DNA from: a virus
Taxonomy: Duplodnaviria > Caudoviricetes
IMG/VR virus record: IMGVR_UViG_3300020043_004003
Span: 1-36,277 of that record
DNA length: 36,277 bases
Direction: 5' to 3' (one strand)
Shown: piece after piece, positions 17,125 through 24,203 of the stretch
How the letters are laid out: each line of letters begins with the position of its first letter
Numbering within the stretch: position 1 is the stretch's first letter
Translations under genes and position numbers: made by a program
Notes under the pieces: generated by a model
Told to the model about the DNA's origin: nothing
Seen by the model: the letters and a program-made list of their open reading frames with translations, nothing else
The model's database searches: none

Positions 17125-17558
17125 TGGGAGATTATCAAGACGACATGAAGGACGAAAAGAAGCCAGCCACAATATTACCAGAGGGGTTAAGGCTGGTTCG
17201 GGTTACTGAAATGTTGAGCGGTGTCAGTAAGGCAGGCAATAAACAATTTGTGACCACAATCGAGGACATTAAAACCAGAGAATCTATGCAGGTCTGGTTA
17301 GTTGCCGAGCCGAAAAAAAGATGGCTTTTAAAGAGCCTTTTGGCTGCCGTAGGTGCGCCAGCTAGTGCAGACGGTGTTTATGACTGGTCAACCACCGATG
17401 TTATCGGCAAGGTAGTTGTAGCCCAAGTTAAACACTTCAAAGAACCGTGGGTTAATAGAGAAGGTAACGAAGTATTGCTTGATAAGTGCAAGGTGTCAGA
17501 GTTCTTAGTGCCTGATGCCAATGTTCAGACGGCCACAAACAATAATTGGGAAGAATGA
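17124..17558 (+). CDS. Putative ssDNA-binding protein (DUF669-like)
   Basis: LPEG...SKAGNK...LKSLLAAVG...VIGK pattern; acidic/aromatic tail; start at ATG 17124 after AAGGAG. Confidence 0.6.
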   Translation: MGDYQDDMKDEKKPATILPEGLRLVRVTEMLSGVSKAGNKQFVTTIEDIKTRESMQVWLVAEPKKRWLLKSLLAAVGAPASADGVYDWSTTDVIGKVVVAQVKHFKEPWVNREGNEVLLDKCKVSEFLVPDANVQTATNNNWEE

Positions 17559-18007
17559 AAATAATCATAGATACAAGAGAGCAGAAGCCCCTAGTTTTCA
17601 ACCATAAGTCAATAACAGCAGTTGAGGTTAAATGCTTGTCGGTTGGGGACTATGGGGCTATGTCCTCGGAATATGTGCATCCGGTAGTGTTTGAACGTAA
17701 ATCCATCAACGATCTGTACGGAACATTATCGCAAGGCTACGAGCGATTCAAATGTGAAATAGAACGAGCCAAAGAACAGAACACAAAGATTATTATCATA
17801 GTTGAAGGCCACTTAAAAAGAATCCTCCTGGGTACGGCCTTCTCTAAGAGAACCCCCGAAAGCATCGTCTATCAATTATTTACCTTGCGTGTTCGCTACG
17901 ACGTGGAAACGGTATTTTGTGCTAACCGTGAAGAAATGGCCGAGTACATAACCCAATTTTATATTGCCCACCACAAAGAATATCTCGACAAAACTATTTT
18001 AAAATAA
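17555..18007 (+). CDS. ERCC4-domain (XPF/Mus81-like) nuclease, putative resolvase
   Basis: IIIDTREQ, GDY, ERKSINDL, IIVEG. Confidence 0.85.
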   Translation: MKIIIDTREQKPLVFNHKSITAVEVKCLSVGDYGAMSSEYVHPVVFERKSINDLYGTLSQGYERFKCEIERAKEQNTKIIIIVEGHLKRILLGTAFSKRTPESIVYQLFTLRVRYDVETVFCANREEMAEYITQFYIAHHKEYLDKTILK

Positions 18008-18010
18008 TCC

Positions 18011-18038
18011 TTGCTTTTGTATCTAATTGATATATACT
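18011..18038 (+). promoter_or_regulatory. Sigma70-type promoter
   Basis: TTGCTT-16-TATACT in an intergenic gap. Confidence 0.55.
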
Positions 18039-18063
18039 TAGAGAGAAGTCAAGAGAGGAAATA

Positions 18064-18234
18064 ATGAATAAAAAACCACTATATCCACAACCGAAGATGA
18101 TACGGTTTACCGAGCAACAAGAAAGAGACGGCGTAAAGCTAGCGGTTCGCAGAGGATTGACATTCAATCAACTTATTCGTGATCTGTTAGACAGCGCAAT
18201 CAAAATCGACGGTATAACTAGAAGCATGAAGTAA
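18064..18234 (+). CDS. Second RHH-like regulator, 56 aa
   Basis: Hand translation MNKKPLYPQPKMIRFTEQQERDGVKLAVRRGLTFNQLIRDLLDSAIK...; GAGG RBS. Confidence 0.6.
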   Translation: MNKKPLYPQPKMIRFTEQQERDGVKLAVRRGLTFNQLIRDLLDSAIKIDGITRSMK

Positions 18235-18265
18235 ACAAAACCACAACCAAACAGGAGAAAAAACC

Positions 18266-18412
18266 ATGACCAATCCCACCACAAGACCAATTTCAAGTCC
18301 CGAAGATGTCTACCAATTCATGCAAGACGGACAGGAAGAATACCGCCGTCAGATTCAGATGGAAGATATCGTTTCCCATATTTCTAGGTCAAATCAATTA
18401 AATTGGAATTAA
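18266..18412 (+). CDS. Small hypothetical protein, 48 aa
   Basis: AGGAG RBS; MTNPTTRPISSPEDVYQFMQ... Confidence 0.55.
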   Translation: MTNPTTRPISSPEDVYQFMQDGQEEYRRQIQMEDIVSHISRSNQLNWN

Positions 18413-18416
18413 TAAC

Positions 18417-18574
18417 GGTTGCTGTGGCGGAAAAGGTAGACGCAGTGGAGTTGATAAAACACACGAGTCGGAGTAAGGTTCCCGATTCATGCAGGGTGAC
18501 TATACGAGTAAATGCCGTGATGTTTAATCGGAGTAAAGGTGGAAGTGCCTCTCGTCAAATCCCTGCCAGCAACC
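18417..18574 (+). ncRNA. tRNA-like element (Leu-type D arm, expanded T arm, no canonical anticodon arm)
   Basis: 8-bp closing stem GGTTGCTG/CAGCAACC; TGGCGGAAAAGGTAGACGC; GCAGGG...CAAATCCCTGC. Confidence 0.65.
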
Positions 18575-18586
18575 TAAACAATAAAC

Positions 18587-18647
18587 AGCCCCGCCCGGTG
18601 GTTCGGGTTTCCGGCCTCTGCCGTGTAAAAGCGGTGGAGGCGGGGCT
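18587..18647 (+). ncRNA. GC-rich structured element following the tRNA-like element
   Basis: AGCCCCGCC/GGCGGGGCT closing stem with inner hairpins. Confidence 0.45.
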
Positions 18648-18663
18648 AGGATAAGGAGAGAAG

Positions 18664-19056
18664 ATGAAGATATTTGATTCATATTCAGGATGGGATTCAA
18701 AAGTAAACTTTTCCGATAACAACAATCTTGTTGTTGGGTATGACACTTATCAGAGTTGCTGTGAACATGCCGATTGGTTTATAAGCAAAACCGAAGACAA
18801 TAATATTGAAGGCAAAGAACAACCCAAAGATGGCCTTGAAGAATATGTCTTTGATAAGCAATATTTCGTATCCGTTGAACCCGCCAGAAACGAGTGGGGA
18901 AGCTGTTTAGATTCAGGTGGTATGGTTCGTTTTAAAATGATTGCCGATGGGAAACCGGATTTATTTCTACATATTTACAATTCACACAACGGTTATTATT
19001 CACATGGTTTTGATTTTAAAGAAGGCAAAACCATTATTCAATCTGGAAACATTTAA
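18664..19056 (+). CDS. Hypothetical phage protein (QSCCE...HNGYYSH motif)
   Basis: AAGGAG RBS; motif type recurrent in phage accessory proteins. Confidence 0.75.
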   Translation: MKIFDSYSGWDSKVNFSDNNNLVVGYDTYQSCCEHADWFISKTEDNNIEGKEQPKDGLEEYVFDKQYFVSVEPARNEWGSCLDSGGMVRFKMIADGKPDLFLHIYNSHNGYYSHGFDFKEGKTIIQSGNI

Positions 19057-19067
19057 GGAGCAATAAC

Positions 19068-19250
19068 ATGCCAACCAACAAAGCGACCCCCATCAACCCC
19101 GCCCAAGCCAGACAGAAATTAGATTGTTTGACGAGGTATAGGGAGGCGTTGGAATTAATAGCAGGAGTGACATATAACAAAAGTCTGACATTAGCTGGTT
19201 GTAAAGAAATAGCAAGTGAAGCCCTAAAAGAAGAAAGCGAGAGGTTATGA
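19068..19250 (+). CDS. Small hypothetical protein
   Basis: AAGGAG RBS; ATGA overlap with next gene. Confidence 0.6.
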   Translation: MPTNKATPINPAQARQKLDCLTRYREALELIAGVTYNKSLTLAGCKEIASEALKEESERL

Positions 19251-19645
19251 AAATACTAGAAGAAATCAAAAAACTTAGAAGAAACGCTAAAGAAATTCGT
19301 GACTTATTCTTGGTTCGCATACCCTCCTGGGCAGAATATCCCAAGACCTACGATAAAACCGGCTGGGGTTTTAATGGTGATGATCGTTTTAAGTCCTGTT
19401 CAAATGTACAAGTATTTTTCTACAGCTTGATGGGAACCTATGGAAATTCATCCTGTACTACTCAATGCTCGCTGGATGCCGACGTTTTTGCAAGTCACCT
19501 TATCAAATATTTAAACAAGAATCAGAAGGCCATAATGCTTGCGATAGCAGACCAAATCGAGGATGAAGCTCGTTCAATAAAAGAAAAAGCAGAGAACGAA
19601 TTAAACCAAGAATTGAACAGCCTTAAAGAATTGGAGACTAAATAA
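19247..19645 (+). CDS. Hypothetical protein
   Basis: GAGG RBS; operon packing. Confidence 0.7.
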   Translation: MKILEEIKKLRRNAKEIRDLFLVRIPSWAEYPKTYDKTGWGFNGDDRFKSCSNVQVFFYSLMGTYGNSSCTTQCSLDADVFASHLIKYLNKNQKAIMLAIADQIEDEARSIKEKAENELNQELNSLKELETK

Positions 19646-19646
19646 A

Positions 19647-20045
19647 ATGTACAAATACTCCAAACCCACAAAAGAGCAGGATATAGGGTTTTTCTTAATG
19701 TCATTATTCTTCGTTATTGTGTTTTGGTTTGTGTTTAGTGTTTTGGGTGTGGCTCATGCCGATACGCTAATTAACGGCTACACCGTAGATCAATACGTTG
19801 ATGCAATCGGCAAGACGGAAAACTCTAAGAAATTCCCCTACGGTATTAAGTCCATTAAATGCCACGGCGAATCTGAGTGTCGTCAGATATGCCGAAACAG
19901 CGTGGTGAACGCAAACAAGAGGTGGATTAAAGCCGGTAAACCAGAGGACTTTGTTACCTTTATGGGGCGACGCTATAGTCCGCCGGACATTAATCCTAAT
20001 TGGGTAAGACTTGTTAAGCACTTTTTAAAAAAGGACAAAACATGA
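19647..20045 (+). CDS. Membrane-anchored or exported minimal lysozyme/transglycosylase-like protein
   Basis: N-terminal hydrophobic segment ending AHA|D, then VDAIGKTENS...YGI and RRYSP motifs. Confidence 0.5.
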   Translation: MYKYSKPTKEQDIGFFLMSLFFVIVFWFVFSVLGVAHADTLINGYTVDQYVDAIGKTENSKKFPYGIKSIKCHGESECRQICRNSVVNANKRWIKAGKPEDFVTFMGRRYSPPDINPNWVRLVKHFLKKDKT

Positions 20046-20197
20046 AAACCGAACGAGAGAAGTTAATAGAAGAATTAATGTGCATTGTCATTAGAAACAA
20101 TGATGGAGGGCAAGCTATAGAAGCTATAGCGGATTTTATGCTGGAAGATCGCAGAAGAATAGGCGAGGAACACAGATTAGCAACGGGCAGGGGGTAA
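20042..20197 (+). CDS. Small hypothetical protein, 51 aa
   Basis: Hand translation MKTEREKLIEELMCIVIRNND...; AAGGA RBS; ATGA overlap. Confidence 0.55.
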   Translation: MKTEREKLIEELMCIVIRNNDGGQAIEAIADFMLEDRRRIGEEHRLATGRG

Positions 20198-20200
20198 GCC

Positions 20201-20374
20201 ATGAGTCTCTACGAACAATGGTGGCAAAGCTGGTTCGGGCAGAATGATTTCAAGCCAGTAGAAAAAGAGGACGTTATGCTTAAATGTGAGGAGTGTCCGA
20301 CAATGATTGAGGAGCATCAACACTATGTAAACGGCGGACTTTGTTTTAAGTGCATAATGAATATCGGGAAATAA
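20201..20374 (+). CDS. Small Zn-finger protein, 57 aa
   Basis: Hand translation MSLYEQWWQSWF...CEEC...CFKC. Confidence 0.5.
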   Translation: MSLYEQWWQSWFGQNDFKPVEKEDVMLKCEECPTMIEEHQHYVNGGLCFKCIMNIGK

Positions 20375-20375
20375 T

Positions 20376-20618
20376 ATGCCTCCGGTAAGCAAATTACAAG
20401 CTAAGTTAGACGCCAGACACGCCAAAGACCAAAAGCGAGTAGCCACAACCAAGAAGAAACTCTACGGCAAAGTCATGCAGAAGAAAAAGGCTTTGGGCAA
20501 GTTTTATATGAACCGGAGTGATTTAGTACCGAAGTTAACCAAAACACAAAAAAACCACTTTATTAAACGTAAGGGGATACAGACGGAAGAACAAATTAAA
20601 AAGATAGTGAGTATTTAA
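20376..20618 (+). CDS. Small basic protein
   Basis: Lys-rich ORF ending 1 nt before the ncRNA array. Confidence 0.6.
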   Translation: MPPVSKLQAKLDARHAKDQKRVATTKKKLYGKVMQKKKALGKFYMNRSDLVPKLTKTQKNHFIKRKGIQTEEQIKKIVSI

Positions 20619-20619
20619 C

Positions 20620-20764
20620 GGAGCGTCCGTGGCGGAAAAGGTAGACGCTAGAGCCATCTTAATTCATTCACAATTTGTAGGGCGACGACCGAATAGGATG
20701 ATGGCTTGAGATTGGACGCCTCCACAATACTTGTAGGGTGCAAATCCCTGCCGGACGTTCTCCA
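20620..20764 (+). ncRNA. tRNA-like unit A1 (cloverleaf with 41-nt insert in place of the anticodon loop, ends CCA)
   Basis: GGAGCGTCCG/CGGACGTTCT stem + CCA; D arm identical to 18425-18443; GAGCCATC/GATGGCTT stem; T arm GTAGGG-TGCAAAT-CCCTGC. Confidence 0.7.
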
Positions 20765-20771
20765 ATATGAC

Positions 20772-20851
20772 GGGTCGGGTAAATGGTCGCTCGCATGACC
20801 GTTCCGAGAGGTAAGAGCAAAGGTCGTTAATATTGACACCTGCCCCGGCCC
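20772..20851 (+). ncRNA. Unit B1: structured RNA closed by GGGTCGGG/CCCGGCCC
   Basis: 8-bp stem; 3' CCTGC stacked on it as in A1; internal hairpins. Confidence 0.6.
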
Positions 20852-20861
20852 AAAATTAAAC

Positions 20862-21003
20862 GGAGCGTCCGTACCGTGTCAGAGGTAGGTAAGACGCCAA
20901 TCGGTGAACCCACGCATGACTGACAGCCCGCGAGGATAGCCCGATAGGTGAAGCGACAAATTATTGTCGTTGGAGCCAAGTGAGGAATCTGGCCGGACGT
21001 TCC
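20862..21003 (+). ncRNA. Unit A2: same closing stem as A1, unrelated interior
   Basis: GGAGCGTCCG/CGGACGTTCC 10-bp stem; GCGACAA/TTGTCGT hairpin; T-like GCCA...AAT-CTGGC. Confidence 0.6.
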
Positions 21004-21013
21004 ACAATATGAC

Positions 21014-21124
21014 GGGTCGGGTGGCTTCAGAAAATAGAAGCTGGAATCGAACACACTACAGGCGTTCTCTGGTGTTGATAATCAGTCCGAAGGATTGAGG
21101 CGAACACGAACCCTGCCCCGGCCC
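21014..21124 (+). ncRNA. Unit B2: same closing stem as B1, unrelated interior
   Basis: GGGTCGGG/CCCGGCCC; GCTTC/GAAGC hairpin; long arm CAGG.GTTC...GAAC.CCTG containing GTGTT/AACAC and TCAGTCC/GGATTGA. Confidence 0.6.
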
Positions 21125-21143
21125 AAAATTAATCGGAGGAAAT

Positions 21144-21299
21144 ATGAAAAGAGTAAATATTGAAATAACCCCGTGTTCATATGACCTATTTAATAGCCTG
21201 TTAGTCCTATGTTCTTTATCTTCCGATGGAAAAGTTACAATTACCGACGATAAAGGCAATAGGTTTGAAATCCAGAAGATACCAACATATCAAGAATAA
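21144..21299 (+). CDS. Small hypothetical protein, 51 aa
   Basis: GGAGG RBS; MKRVNIEITPCSYDLFNSLL... Confidence 0.6.
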   Translation: MKRVNIEITPCSYDLFNSLLVLCSLSSDGKVTITDDKGNRFEIQKIPTYQE

Positions 21300-21329
21300 A
21301 TACTGGCCCAAAATTAAGAGGATGGGAAG

Positions 21330-21959
21330 ATGAAAGTATTAAATTTATACGCTGGCATAGGAGGTAATCGCAAGTTGTGGACTGATGTTGAAATTACGTC
21401 AGTTGAACTTGACCCAAAGATAGCTTCTATTTATAAAGACTTTTTTCCGAATGATACTCTGATCGTTGGTGACGCACATCAATATTTGCTAGAGCATTAC
21501 GCAGAGTTTGACTTTATATGGGCGAGTCCTCCATGCCCTACGCATAGCCAGCTGGGGAGACTTAGAGTCTTATCAGACAGCAAAGTAACCGGCGCTTATT
21601 TATCAAAAGCTAAATATCCAGACATGAAACTCTATGAAGAAATAATTCTACTTAAACACTTCTTTAAGGGCAAGTGGTGTATAGAAAACGTAATCGCCTA
21701 TTACCAACCTTTGATTAAACCGACCGAAATACAGCGACATCACTTTTGGCATAACTTCCATATACGTCAAATCGAGTTAGACGCGGACAATATTGATTGT
21801 GGGAAAGTTAAAGAATGGGAAAACAAGTTAGGTTTTGATCTGTCCAAATATCCCAATCTCGACAAAAGAAAAGCGCTGCGGAATTGTGTAAGGCCAGAAT
21901 TAGGGCTTCATATTTTAAACGAATCAAAATTTGATATTCACCAGGAATTATTTATTTAA
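21330..21959 (+). CDS. DNA cytosine-5 methyltransferase (short, orphan)
   Basis: Motif I LNLYAGIGG, motif IV SPPC, motif VI ENV. Confidence 0.88.
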   Translation: MKVLNLYAGIGGNRKLWTDVEITSVELDPKIASIYKDFFPNDTLIVGDAHQYLLEHYAEFDFIWASPPCPTHSQLGRLRVLSDSKVTGAYLSKAKYPDMKLYEEIILLKHFFKGKWCIENVIAYYQPLIKPTEIQRHHFWHNFHIRQIELDADNIDCGKVKEWENKLGFDLSKYPNLDKRKALRNCVRPELGLHILNESKFDIHQELFI

Positions 21960-21991
21960 CACCGCCCAACCCAAAACCAAGCAAGGGGGAG

Positions 21992-22138
21992 ATGATGGAA
22001 ATTGTATTTAAAATAGGTGAAGAGTTTTCTTGGGATACTGTTGATAACAAGCGTTATGAGGGAATTATTGTCGAAGTTTCCAGTGAATATGTTTATGTCA
22101 AATGCACTGACGGAAAAACCAGACGAGTTGAAATTTAA
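21992..22138 (+). CDS. Small hypothetical protein, 48 aa
   Basis: Hand translation MMEIVFKIGEEFSWDTVDNKRYEG...; GGGGGAG RBS. Confidence 0.55.
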   Translation: MMEIVFKIGEEFSWDTVDNKRYEGIIVEVSSEYVYVKCTDGKTRRVEI

Positions 22139-22160
22139 CCCACCCCGCTGAAGGAAGGAA

Positions 22161-22529
22161 TTGAGAATGAAAGTGTTCGCAGAGCATATAAATAAATACC
22201 GGATTAAGGATGGGCCGCTAGGATCTGATGATAGCTACGGTATGACAGGTCAATGGAGAATCCCCTTGCCTTGCGGCTTAAAGGCTCTGGTTATATCTTC
22301 GGACGGCATGGGGTGGGAACACGTTTCGGTAAGCACAGGCGAACGCTGTTTGACTTGGGATGAGATGTGCTTTATTAAAGACCTCTTTTGGAATGATGAT
22401 GAGGCTGTAATGCAGATTCATCCGCCGAAGGACACATACATTAAAAACCATCCGTACTGCTTACATCTTTGGAGGCCGACACGATCAACAATACCATTAC
22501 CGCCAGATATTTTAGTCGGTGTTAAATAA
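22161..22529 (+). CDS. Conserved-type phage hypothetical protein (GWEHVSVS...TWDEMCFIKDLFW...CLHLWRP)
   Basis: Recognisable phage family motif; function unknown. Confidence 0.8.
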   Translation: MRMKVFAEHINKYRIKDGPLGSDDSYGMTGQWRIPLPCGLKALVISSDGMGWEHVSVSTGERCLTWDEMCFIKDLFWNDDEAVMQIHPPKDTYIKNHPYCLHLWRPTRSTIPLPPDILVGVK

Positions 22530-22587
22530 ACCCTAACCCCCTTGTGACCATAGGGAGAAAACAACCGTCTCATAGAGTGGAGGGAAG

Positions 22588-22764
22588 ATGAAGAAAATAG
22601 CTAAACCAAACAGAATGTCTGTAGAGCACTCTAGGGAAGAATTGAAGGTGATAGCCATGAATCTTAACAATGGATTTGTTAGCGGTCAATTTGTCAGTAA
22701 TGACAAAGATGAATTTATTGAATGGAAATTGATAATTAAGAGGAGTAAACAATTTAAATCTTAA
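22588..22764 (+). CDS. Small hypothetical protein, 58 aa
   Basis: Hand translation MKKIAKPNRMSVEHSREEL...; GGAGG RBS. Confidence 0.55.
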   Translation: MKKIAKPNRMSVEHSREELKVIAMNLNNGFVSGQFVSNDKDEFIEWKLIIKRSKQFKS

Positions 22765-22786
22765 CCCCCTTCAGGAAGGAGAGGCA

Positions 22787-23032
22787 ATGGACGATCAAGC
22801 GGAAACGCTAGAACAAGAATTACAAAGACTTTTTAGCGAAGGATATTTTGATGCTGAAGGGGAGTCCCACGTATTTACAAGGTGGGGTGAATTAGCTATC
22901 TACGTCCAGCGCATGATCATCGAAGCGCGGATTGATGAAATAAAAACAGGTTTAAATCGTGGACATTACTGTAACCAAATGGCATTTGAAAAGCGCCTCG
23001 CAGAACTCCGGGCAGAGAGGGATTTGATATGA
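22787..23032 (+). CDS. Hypothetical protein
   Basis: AAGGAG RBS. Confidence 0.65.
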   Translation: MDDQAETLEQELQRLFSEGYFDAEGESHVFTRWGELAIYVQRMIIEARIDEIKTGLNRGHYCNQMAFEKRLAELRAERDLI

Positions 23033-23238
23033 CCACCAACGCTAAGGGGATGAAGCCGTCGGATATAACAAATGAAATTGTAATGGAAATTAAATATGCT
23101 TTATATGAATTGAGCCATGTTCAGCATGGTGAGCGTTGTTTTACTCCTAGAAAGTGGGCGCAGATAGAAGCTGTTATTTATCCAATTGTTGAATCAAGGA
23201 TATACAAGCAACAGCACGAAGCGAAAGGGGAGGTATGA
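23029..23238 (+). CDS. Hypothetical protein
   Basis: ATGA overlaps on both sides. Confidence 0.6.
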   Translation: MTTNAKGMKPSDITNEIVMEIKYALYELSHVQHGERCFTPRKWAQIEAVIYPIVESRIYKQQHEAKGEV

Positions 23239-23507
23239 GTACAGCTAAGACGGGCGGGAGGGCTAAAGTTATAAGCTGGAAGACTTTTATTAGCGAGAAT
23301 ACAAAATATTATAAATCCCCACTTCTTAATTTAGACCACCATGGGTATTGTGAGATAAATAGCGATGCTCTCTACAAAATAGACCTTAAACCAAAATTGT
23401 GGGCTGAAGAAATGGCTAATAGATATCCACGTTATAAAAGTTTTGTATACCGAGTTACTGCACATACTTTTGGTGAACGATATGTTTATTTATATGGAAA
23501 GTGTTAA
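23235..23507 (+). CDS. Hypothetical protein
   Basis: GGAGG RBS; ATGA overlap. Confidence 0.6.
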   Translation: MSTAKTGGRAKVISWKTFISENTKYYKSPLLNLDHHGYCEINSDALYKIDLKPKLWAEEMANRYPRYKSFVYRVTAHTFGERYVYLYGKC

Positions 23508-23523
23508 CCGGAGGAATCGAAAG

Positions 23524-23901
23524 ATGCCCGACTCGAAAGTGGAAGTTAAAGCCATGAGCAACGAGGATATAAAAGGAAATCAAATGGAAAAAATCAATAT
23601 TGTATTTTCAGGTGAAATGCCTAATCTAATATTTGTTGAAGTTGAGGACGTAAATGGAAAAAGCGTTTCTGTTGGTGAATGGATTAAAAAAGAAGAATTT
23701 AGTATTTTACAAATCCCCATGAACACCCGCTCACCAATCGCCAATAACGGCGTGAGCTTTGATAGTATTGTAGACAAATTAACACATCTCAATGGCGATC
23801 ATCTCATGGGTTTAGAATTAAACGACATTCATATTATTGCTAACTTTATAACCAGACTCCAACCGACTGCGCCACGGGGCGGCGGGGAGGAGCAATCATG
23901 A
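23524..23901 (+). CDS. Hypothetical protein
   Basis: Track ORF 23443..23901; start moved to MPDSK after GGAGG. Confidence 0.6.
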   Translation: MPDSKVEVKAMSNEDIKGNQMEKINIVFSGEMPNLIFVEVEDVNGKSVSVGEWIKKEEFSILQIPMNTRSPIANNGVSFDSIVDKLTHLNGDHLMGLELNDIHIIANFITRLQPTAPRGGGEEQS

Positions 23902-24203
23902 AAACACTGGGCGATTTAAAGGGGTTGCTGCCGGCAAGATCAGACCGCTGGTATGATGGTACTACAGAAGATGCTATTGGTCTGCATAAAAACAAAATCA
24001 TCAACCAAATCTCCGCCATCCCGCTCCTAGATGTGGTCAAGAAGGCCGTGGAGAGTGGGGCGGTTGTGATTAAACCTTGCACTGCTAACTGTTTAAATGG
24101 GATTATTACAGATTATGAAGGAGCAGAGGTTAGAGACATTGTATGCCCAACATGTTCAGGCAGAGAATATGTAATCACCGAAGGAGAGGTCGGCGGTGGT
24201 TGA
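23898..24203 (+). CDS. Hypothetical protein with DnaJ-like CxxCxG Zn ribbon
   Basis: CTANCLNG...CPTCSG. Confidence 0.65.
   Translation: MKTLGDLKGLLPARSDRWYDGTTEDAIGLHKNKIINQISAIPLLDVVKKAVESGAVVIKPCTANCLNGIITDYEGAEVRDIVCPTCSGREYVITEGEVGGG

Noticed and set aside
18403-18654. 83-aa plus-strand ORF from the track
   Set aside because: TTG start without RBS; coincides with two structured elements.
18417-20764. Canonical tRNA-Leu genes
   Set aside because: The D arm fits, but the closing stems are 8-10 bp, the T loop is TGC rather than TTC or is interrupted, and no 7-nt anticodon loop can be assigned.
20620-20764. tmRNA
   Set aside because: Too short, has a full D arm, lacks the alanyl G3-U70 acceptor context and an evident tag ORF.
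20620-21132. CRISPR array
   Set aside because: Two alternating repeat types that pair across the inserts, inserts of 60-120 nt that are themselves structured, only two periods, and no cas genes.
20648-21259. Three minus-strand ORFs over the array
   Set aside because: Antisense to the surrounding operon, no RBS, no recognisable motifs.
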